Origin: Selaginella moellendorffii
Lineage: Eukaryota; Plantae; Lycopodiophyta
Length of the DNA stretch: 64,000 nucleotides
Assembly: GCF_000143415.4 (NCBI RefSeq)
Contig: NW_003314270.1
Location: 3,069,668-3,133,667, forward strand
Reading direction: 5' to 3'
How positions within the stretch are numbered: position 1 is the first letter of the stretch; the number at the start of each line of letters is the position of its first letter. The translations under genes and the position numbers were made by a program. Of the stretch, positions 51,230-60,858 are shown piece after piece. The notes under the pieces are model-generated. The model was given only the letters and a program-made list of their open reading frames with translations. It ran no database searches and was not told the origin of the DNA.

Positions 51230-53958
51230 CCAAGATTATTCGCCGTGTAAAGGAATAATTATGCTGTGTGTGTACGTCCATTTATGGCAATATAAGGCCA
51301 CATGCCATTCAAAGAATAATGCTAGTCGAGCATCTTTTGGTGCATTTTTGGGTTCAAAATTGCATGAGCCCACACGCTATAAAGTTTACCTGTACCAAAA
51401 ATAGAAACAGCTTTATTTACTTGGGAATTTATATGGTTGAGGCATTTTTAAACTTACAAACACATGCCCTACTTACATTCCTTTGGTTGCTTAAAATTCA
51501 AAAATATTATAAACCTTTCTTTTTGCATTTTCAATGTTTTCAATTATGGTTTTTGATTTTCGCAGGACCAGCCTAGTAATCTATTTGCATCCCGTCATGT
51601 TTATAGCTAGCTTTCGTTTGTCCCCTTCGCTAGCCTGAGATACATCTGCTCGGCATCTGCCTCTTACAGCATTTGCCCAGAAAGGGCATCTTTCTTCACG
51701 CAGCATTTGCCACATGTTTAGGGTTAGGGTTTAGGGTTTAGGGTTTAGCAATTCAGTAGCTTGATAAACATGCAAATACAGAACTTGATGCAAAATCCTT
51801 TGATATGTCACAATGCCCCTAGGACCATAAACACATTTCAATAGAGAGGGTCCTTTCATTTCATAACTCCTTACGTAGATCTTGGTGAAACCAGAGTTAG
51901 TGAAGTTGGTTTCTTGTAATCCCGCATCTGATTGTGATGTCCCTTTGCAGTGTCGATGGAAAGGTCAATGCACACCAAACTGTAGAATCTTGGAGCAAAA
52001 TAACGGTCGGATCTATGGCAGATGCCCCTGAAACATTGTAAGGCTCGTGTGGTCTCATGTGGTGTCCGATCGAGATGCTTCTTTGCAGGGTCATCAAGAA
52101 GGACATTGTATACCATTCTGTAAAATCTGGTTGCGATCTAACGGTTGGATCTCCAGGAAACTCAAAACAATCTCGCGCGTGTCAGAATATTCTAGGAATA
52201 TACTCCTATGTGCTCCAAGATTATTCGCCGTGTAAAGGAATAATTATGCTGTGTCATTTATGGCAATATAAGGCCACACGCCATTCAAAGAATAATGCTA
52301 GTCGAGCATTTTTTGGTGCATTTTTGGGTTCAAAATTGCATGAGCCCACACGCTATAAAGTTTACCTGTACCAAAAATAGAAACAGCTTTATTTACTTGG
52401 GAATTTAAGTGGTTGAGGCATTTTTAAACTTACAAACACATGCCCTACTTACATTCCTTTGGTTGCTTACATTCCTTTGGTTGTTAGCTTTCGTTTGTCC
52501 CCTTCACTAGCCTGAGATACATCTGCTCGGCATCTGCCTCTTACAGCATTTCCCCAGAAAGGGCATCTTTCTTCACGCAGCATTTGCCACATGTTTAGGG
52601 TTTAGGGTTTAGGGTTTAGCAATTCAGTAGCTTGATAAACATGCAAATACAGAACTTGATGCAAAATCCTTTGATATGTCACAATGCCCCTAGGACCATA
52701 AACACATTTCAATAGAGAGGGTCCTTTCATTTCATAACTCCTTACGTAGATCTTGGTGAAACCAGAGTTAGTGAAGTTGGTTTCTTGTGATCCCGCATTT
52801 GATTGTGATGTCCCTTTGTAGTGTCGATGGAAAGGTCAATGCACACCAAACTGTAGAATCTTGGAGCAAAATAACGGTCGGATCTATGGCAAATGCCCCT
52901 GAAACATTGTAAGGCTCGTGTGGTCTCATGTGGTGTCCGATCGAGATGCTTCTTTGCAGGGTCATCAAGAAGGACATTGTATACCATTCTGTAAAATCTG
53001 GTTGCGATCTAACGGTTGGATCTCCAGGAAACTCAAAACAATCTCGCGCGTGTCAGAATATTCTAGGAATATACTCCTATGTGCTCCAAGATTATTCGCC
53101 GTGTAAAGGAATAATTATGCTGTGTCATTTATGGCAATATAAGGCCACACGCCATTCAAAGAATAATGCTAGTCGAGCATTTTTTGGTGCATTTTTGGGT
53201 TCAAAATTGCATGAGCCCACACGCTATAAAGTTTACCTGTACCAAAAATAGAAACAGCTTTATTTACTTGGGAATTTAAGTGGTTGAGGCATTTTTAAAC
53301 TTACAAACACATGCCCTACTTACATTCCTTTGGTTGCTTACATTCCTTTGGTTGTTAGCTTTCGTTTGTCCCCTTCACTAGCCTGAGATACATCTGCTCG
53401 GCATCTGCCTCTTACAGCATTTCCCCAGAAAGGGCATCTTTCTTCACGCAGCATTTGCCACATGTTTAGGGTTTAGGGTTTAGGGTTTAGCAATTCAGTA
53501 GCTTGATAAACATGCAAATACAGAACTTGATGCAAAATCCTTTGATATGTCACAATGCCCCTAGGACCATAAACACATTTCAATAGAGAGGGTCCTTTCA
53601 TTTCATAACTCCTTACGTAGATCTTGGTGAAACCAGAGTTAGTGAAGTTGGTTTCTTGTGATCCCGCATTTGATTGTGATGTCCCTTTGTAGTGTCGATG
53701 GAAAGGTCAATGCACACCAAACTGTAGAATCTTGGAGCAAAATAACAGTCGGATCTATGGCAAATGCCCCTGAAACATTGTAAAGCTCGTGTGGTCTCAG
53801 GTGGTGTCTGATCGAGATGCTTCTTTGCAGGGTCATCAAGAAGGACATTGTATACCATTCTGTAAAATCTAGTTGCGATCTAACGGTTGGATCTCCAGGA
53901 AACTCAAAACAATCTCGCACGTGTCAGAATATTCTAGGAATATACTCCTATGTGCTCC
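51230..53958. repeat. Long tandem repeat, 3 units (985, 871, 871 bp), each with (TTTAGGG)3-4 and degenerate palindromes
   Basis: Units start CCAAGATTATTCGCCG at 51230, 52215 and 53086. Telomeric motifs at ~51717, ~52594 and ~53465. Confidence 0.95.
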
Positions 53959-54744
53959 TGAAAATGGCATGCGGCCCCACGCCATTCAAGAGATAACGCC
54001 AGATGACGCCGAGCATTTTTTGGTGCATTTTTTGGGATCAAAATTGCATGAGCCCACATGCTTGAACGTCACATCAAATCCTCTGACAATTTATTTAGCT
54101 GAACATCTGGCATTTTTGGAAATACAAGATGCTTTGGAATATCCAATCATGCATGGTATAAATATAGCGAGGGTATTAAATGATATCCCAATCATGATCT
54201 TTCTTTTGGATTTCGCGTGCATGCAGTCCGAGGAATGATGACGTTGTGGATTTCTTTTGGATTTCACGCATGCGCGCGCCGATCCAGAAATTAATGGTGG
54301 CGCCCAAGTCCGAGAAATGATGACGTGGCGGGATTACCAACCGTCGTGACATTTCGCGCGTGTGAGGTTAGGTTTTGCATTTTGCTTCGTACTCGCGCTC
54401 GCACACTCGCGCTCCCACTCGCGCTCGCATCGCGCTCCCACTCGCGCTCCCACTTCTCTACAGGTTTCTCGTGTGCATCGGCGTCCACTCGCGCTTGCAT
54501 CACACTCGCGCTCGCATCGCGCTCGTGTGCATCGGCGTCCACTTCAAGACACACCCAGTTTGTAACTTCGCCGCCAACTCCGCCGCCCACTCCGCCACCC
54601 ACACGCAGCCCACTTGGCGTCCCGGGAGATTTCAGCGCCACTCTCCAACTTTAAGTGGCAGAGTAGCCTTGCTGCTACAATCCGCTGCACACACAGTGCA
54701 CATTCGCCAGCGAGTCCGGTTGTCACGCCTCCATTCGGCTTCAA

Positions 54745-57700
54745 ATGGTAAGTCTTTTAGGCCAAGTAGAAAATGGCATGAGGCCACATGCCATTCAGTA
54801 GCAACATTGGCATGCACCGATTGGGCTCTCAAGTGCAGTCCGGTTACAGATGGCGTGTAGCCTCACGCCATCTTAGGATGCAGCCTCAAGACATCTGATG
54901 CAATGGTGAATGGCGTGTGGCCTCACGTTATTTCCAGCTACTAGCTTTTCATCTGTCAGCTCTAATTGTTGTGCATTTCTGAACAGGCGAGGAATTGCGT
55001 TCTTCTTCCAGCCACTGTCAATGTGGATGCAGAGAAGGGGGAGGAGCTCACCAGTTGGACTTTCGGGATGGAAGGCGAGGATCTGAGGCTGTACAACACA
55101 GATGGTGGGAGAAAAGAATGCATGGGGATCCTCATCCAAGTGACAAACACTCCATGCAGTTCCATGCAAGAATATAGACTGGCACTTGTGGTAGAGACAG
55201 CGTCCGCCTTCAAGATCCACCTTGCACATCCTAGCGGCTTCTCGGAGGGGGGCAGCGGCTATGAGGAATTCCTAGAGGGAGCTAGGGAGAGGTTGTCCAG
55301 GAGGCCCACAATTTCAAAGACACTGCGGGTCTATGAAGATCACATGGAATTCACGGACCTCACCTACGGCGATGTTCAAAAACTATATTCCAACATTGAG
55401 CCGTTGAGAGTGACTCCAATTCGCGAAGCAAAGGGGAAGGGGGTCGATCTGGAAACTACCTCAAAGCAGAAAAGGGTGGTCAAGCTCAAGCCGACGTCCG
55501 ACTCTCCTGCTCCAAAAAAGAAGCTACTCAGTGATGCCATTGCCTCGGGTTCGAACACTACACCCACCAAAAAGAAGAGCCGCAAAGAGCAGAAAGAGCA
55601 AGAAGAGGCAGCAAAAATCGTCGCAGATAATAGTACTTGTTACTATTCCAACAAAGTATATACAATCGACGTGAGCCGTATCGACATCCAAAGCAAATAC
55701 AACCACAGGCTAGTATCTGATGAGTGGGTGGAGAAATTGAAGCAGAAGATGCTGGCAAGTCCAGTAACACCCGACATCACAGACGTGATCCCCTACTACC
55801 AAAAAATGAAGGGCGAGATGAGGTTTCCAGACTTGATCAATAGGAAGGTGTTGGACGATCAGAACATCCGGTTCTATGCCGTCTCCGGGCAGCATTCTAG
55901 CTTGGCGATGCAAGAGATAGTTGTGGAATTTATGGTGGGCGAGGAGGTGAAGAAAGTCTTCAAGACAAGAGTTGTCCGCCTGATAAAAGGCAACTCGCCC
56001 CTCCGATCTATCATATACATCTCCCACGCGCAGAATGTCAAGCAAGAAACGTGCTACAAATCGGGTCTGCACGAGACATTGGCACGAACACGGAAGCTCT
56101 GGGTTCAACTGAAGAAGCCACAAAAACCAGGACAAGGACGTGCACTAGCAACTAGCGCCTGGCAGGTAAGCCTCGTTGTATGTGGCATAACATGTGGCCT
56201 CACGCCATTTCCATTGCAGGAATTCTCGAGTCTTCTCTCGAAAACACTGGGGGTCAATGACACACTCAGCATCCATAACATTCTACTCGCGACAAAAGTT
56301 GTTTTTGACAAATGGGTAGATGTGCTGAGGAGGTACCATGACGGGGAGTTGCCAAACTCAATGGGTGTGGAGGACAGCCGGAAGCCCAATGATTTGAAGC
56401 TCAACGCCTTGCGTTTCTCGCGGTCTCTAGACGACGACGACCTTCTGACAGTGGCTAATGCTCTTCTACGTGGTGAGGTTGTCTTCAACAAGACCAAAAT
56501 GACTCCCGGCCATATTGTGACATACGAGGACTTGTGCACGACTCTGAGAGCTCGTGCGCTATTGAAGGATTGGATCTTCGAGCAAGTGGCCGTGGAGAGG
56601 GTGAGCATCGACACCACGCAAGAGATGATGGAAGCGCTGGAGTTGTCAAATGAAGACATCGACGAGTACGTGAAGGGGGCCCCCAAGTTCATCGATCTGC
56701 TGCGGGATGCCACGAAAAGTAAAGCTGAGAAGTTGGATCAGTATCCAAATTTCATTAAGATTGATGTCGACTGCCGGCTTCAGAAACAGCTCGACCCTGC
56801 AGCAGAGGCCTATCGAGAACCTTACCGGGTATACTTGAATTCGGATGAGGATCAAAGGTGGAGGAGCATCGTTTCCCGCGGAGATGAGCAGGTCAAGAAC
56901 ATCTTTTGTGTGATGGACTTCACAAACGAGGAGATCACTCATGCAGACGAAGTCAGCTCCATCATTGACTTAATGGTGGGTCTTGCGGAGGTGGAATCTT
57001 CAGTCCACTATATGATCTATGACTCCGAATCCTATCACAAGTTCTGGAAGTCCTTGAACGAGGTGAAGGCTCGGTTGAAAGGCAAGGAGATGCAGGAGAT
57101 CCATGGGATAATGGCTAAGAAGAAGATACCGACGAATGTCCGCATCTTCACACTCGCCCTTGTTATTGGTCCTGCAGCAGAGTGGGACTGGAGTGACTTC
57201 CCAGCTTCGTTCGACAAGGCCAATCGAATTGATCTGAGGGAGGTCAATTTACCCGTGCCTGAGGAACTGAAGACGGCTATGGAGCTTTCGAATCCAAAGA
57301 AAGCTCCAGGTGCAGCATGGGAAATGCTCAGCTGGGTCTTCAATGCAATAGCGGGTGGGTCACCTGCTTCCGACTCCAAGGGCAAATGCGTTGTCGAGTA
57401 CAACTGCGGCGGACTATTCTTTTGAGCCGCACTACTCAAGGGTGTCCCGTGTGTTGCGGTGACAAACTCCATTGAAGAGGTGACTTCAATGGAGCATATA
57501 ATTACAGTTGCTAAAGAAAAACAGTATCTTCTCTGCGAACCTGGTGAGTATGCACTTTAAGTTTAAATGTTATCTCACAAGCTCTGTATGCAGGAGCGTG
57601 GCCACCCCCAGATGCTGAAACGGCGTTAACAGCTACTGTTGAAGATACCCATGTTGGGCTGAGCTCACAACCTGCACAAGGTAAGGTCACGTGAGGCCTC

Positions 57701-60412
57701 ACGCCATTTTGATTATAGATCGTTGTGAATATTCAGACACGAGGACTGAAAAGCGCACTGGTGGCGCATCGAAGAAGGACAAACAGAAAAGCAATAGGAA
57801 AAAAGGAGGTACAAATTATATTTGCAATGGCGTGTGGTCTCATGCCATTCCTTGAGGGAGAAACTTCTTCAAAGGCAAAACAGGCAAGCACCAGCCAAGC
57901 TCAAACTGACAGTGGTCATAAAAAGCGAAAGCACGTTGGACAGTCGTCGAGATCAGAGGCGTTTAATTCGAAAAGGAAGAAGGGCAACGAAAAGATGATA
58001 GGTAATGCCTCGCGGTTATGGCGTGTGTGCTCATGCCATTCATTGCAGATCAAGGGCTGAGTGAAAGCAGGCAGTCACCACCTCATGACTCAGATTCCTA
58101 TGGCGGACTCCCCTTCCCCAATCTCAATGGAGAGGTACAATGGATGAGGGAAGCTCTTCAAGTCAGGGCCACGTTTTTCTCATCTCGTCGTCTTCGAAGG
58201 GTGCAAGAATGTGCAGAAACCATGTTAAGACAGTCGGGTGAGGATACGGTCCTAGGTCACGCACTAAAACAGGCTATGGATGTCTTCTATTCTGAGATGG
58301 AGACTCGGCCAGATGATTTTCCCAAGATGGTCCTGGAAGAACAAGCCATCCAGCCTGAGCAGCCTATGGAAGAAATGCAGGAGGGGGATGAGGAGCCAGA
58401 GAAAGATAATGAGCAGGAAGAGCAGAAGGACGAAGAGGAGGACAAAGAAGAGGAGGACGAAGAAGAGGAGGACAAAAAAGAGGAGGACGAAGAAGAGGAG
58501 GACGAAGAAGAGGAGGACGAAGAGGACTTGGATGGTCCTCACAATGGTGACGATCACAATAACAACGACGACGATGATGACGACGATGGCCAGCCTGAGG
58601 TGGCCAAAGAGCGGCGGAGGAAGGTCATACAAGACAAACCATCAGGTAAATAATAATACATCCATTCTTAACCTTTTACCATTTCTAACATTGTCCATGT
58701 AGGTCGCAGAGCAAATGGTAAGTAGAGATTATTCAGTTGAATTTACAAACTCTAGCCTTTAGTGTCGAGGAAGGATAGTGCCAAGCAAGGGTCGAAACGT
58801 ATGTCCAATCCTTCAGAATCAGCAGTGCGCTCAAGTGATATCGGTCCTAGTTCCTCAATAGCAGTTGATGGTAAATACAGTATAGTCGATTCAATGTGCT
58901 AATGAGTTTGTTTTTAGTAGCACGGGAGGATACCATCTCAATCGAAGGGAGATATTTGGACATGCATATGGATCCGCCAGTGGACTCTACTTGGCTGCAA
59001 GAGTCATCAGAGCTGGTGGAGGCTACTATCCATATCAACGCCAAGCAAGCTGACCACGCTCCACTTGATGCTGCCCATACCACTGAGTCAATCTTGTCCA
59101 CGTATCCAACTGACGGTGACCAGGCGCCATTGGACCCACATGAGGCCACCCCAGCCGCCGAGCCGGTCGTATCCTCATTTCCAACGGACTCAACGTGTGC
59201 CCAATCGTCTGACTACGCGCCGTTGGAACCTCCCTACACCGCCCCTGCTGCCTGTTCGGTCATGTCCACTTTGCCAACGGAGGCACCAGCTGAAATGGCG
59301 TGTGATCACACGCCATCGGAACCACCCCATGCCACTGTTGAGCCAGTTGTACCAGAGTCTACAGCTGAAATGGCATGTGCCCACACGCCATCGGATGCGA
59401 TTGACCCCACATTGCAGAGGAGAGTATTTCCGCCCTTCACGTTTCCTCGACCAAAACCCTCTCAACGACCATCGGGAGCAACATTCGCTAATATTGTAGA
59501 TGGTAAAATTGACTTGTACCATTTTTTATGCTGACGCATTTAATTTCAGAGTCACGGCGAAGGTACTATATCGTTTTTGATCTGAACGGTGTCCTTTTCT
59601 CCCATGAGCATGGCTCGTCCTCGAATGTCATTGCACCCTCCAAAGCCTGCGGTCGCAAGTTGGTCAAAAGAGACAGATTCACATTAATCACACGGGAGAA
59701 ACTGCGGGATCTAATAATGACCATGCGACACTTAAAACAGAGGGCCGGGTTCAATTTGCAATTGGGAGTTTGGACATCCATGATGCACCACAATGCATTA
59801 ACGTTGCTACAGATGATGCACGATCAGACGCGAGTAATATTACCATTTGACTTTCTCCTAACGCAGGAGGATTGCTTGACTATGGTCCATGTGAGGGGTA
59901 GCAAGCCCATCTTCGTCAAGCCAGAGGCTGTAGTGATGAACCGGACTGCTAGCTCAAGTGAAATCCTCATCATCGATGACTCGCCGATTAAAACTGCAGC
60001 GAACACGCACACATATGCAGTGCACCCCATCTCTTGCAGTATGGAAACTAGGGAGAAGAAACCGTATGTTCTGGGGGACCTTGCAAAACGGCTTGGAGCG
60101 ATGGTGATAGAGAACCGGCCAGTCCAGGAGGTGGCTGCAGAAATCAACCAAATGGCAGATGGAACGGTATATCAGAAGCCATTTGATCGGACAGACACTA
60201 GTCATCATTTATGGCATGTATATTGTCTAGCCAAGCACTATCCGCATCTCCATAATCTACTCAACCGGATGGGTTCTTCGACCACTGAACATGAGCGTGG
60301 ACGTATTAGAGAAGAGATGGCATTACTATTGGGTTTAAATCCTGATAGTGTGGAGAGTGATGAAATTCCAAGATTATTGTATAGGCGTTGGAGGCAAAAA
60401 ATAACAGTCTGA
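54745..60412 (+). pseudogene. Large spliced accessory gene: ParB/Srx-like domain + degenerate MTase-like region + acidic tract + FCP1-like HAD phosphatase; one in-frame TGA at 57423-57425
   Basis: Predicted introns 54748-54986, 56166-56219, 57544-57593, 57681-57736, 57809-~57860, 58002-58048, 58646-58702, 58718-58762, 58871-58920 and 59502-59549 join the ORFs in frame. Motifs FYAVSGQHS..SHAQN, VFDLNGVL, LGVWTSM, ILIIDDSPIK. Confidence 0.7.
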
Positions 60413-60858
60413 GATGGCATGTATTTATTTAAAAATGTAACTTATTATGGCATGGGGTTCCATGCCATTGTATTAATATTAAAAGACAATTCTTTGAGAG
60501 GATTTGCATTATACTAGAAGTGTTACAGCATGTTATTGGAAGTCTACGAAGTTGTTTTATTAATAATGGGAAAGTAAAGATTGAATGGGGACTTGGGCTC
60601 CACCTAGACTCGGAGCAACTGAGCCAATATTAAAAGGATGGAAAGAAATTGGACGACGATGACAAGGAGAAGAGAGAGGTGAAGCAGTGGCAGGGGGAGG
60701 AGAAGTGATTGAGTAGACATTTCCTTGTTTAAAATAAAATGGCATGTGCCTCAATGCAGTTGAATTTTGTTATATTTATATACTATATAAAGGTTTGGAA
60801 ACATTATTTTACAAGTGGGATAATGACAATTCCCACTTTAACGAAATAGAGCTTTTAA

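Larger units (their letters stand above)
46479..60854. mobile_element. 14.4-kb TIR DNA transposon (Sola-like transposase, TTAA target site) with a large accessory gene
   Basis: Perfect 24-bp TIR AAGCTCTATTTCGTTAAAGTGGGA (46479-46502 and 60831-60854). TTAA on both sides (46475-46478, 60855-60858). The empty site restores an in-frame chromodomain. Confidence 0.93.

Noticed and set aside
51717-53490. Chromosome end or fusion scar from TTTAGGG runs
   Set aside because: Only 3-4 repeats each, and they are part of the tandem unit inside the transposon.
51871-53920. Repeated 60-107 aa ORFs in the tandem array
   Set aside because: They recur only because the DNA is repeated, show no motifs, and occur on both strands.
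54966-60412. Bacterial or phage contamination as the source of the ParB-like gene
   Set aside because: The gene has spliceosomal introns, and the element is integrated in a plant chromovirus with a clean TSD.
46705-60760. CRISPR-like interpretation of the 22-bp palindromes
   Set aside because: Spacing is irregular (tens to thousands of bp), copies sit in introns and exons, there are no cas genes, and the context is eukaryotic.
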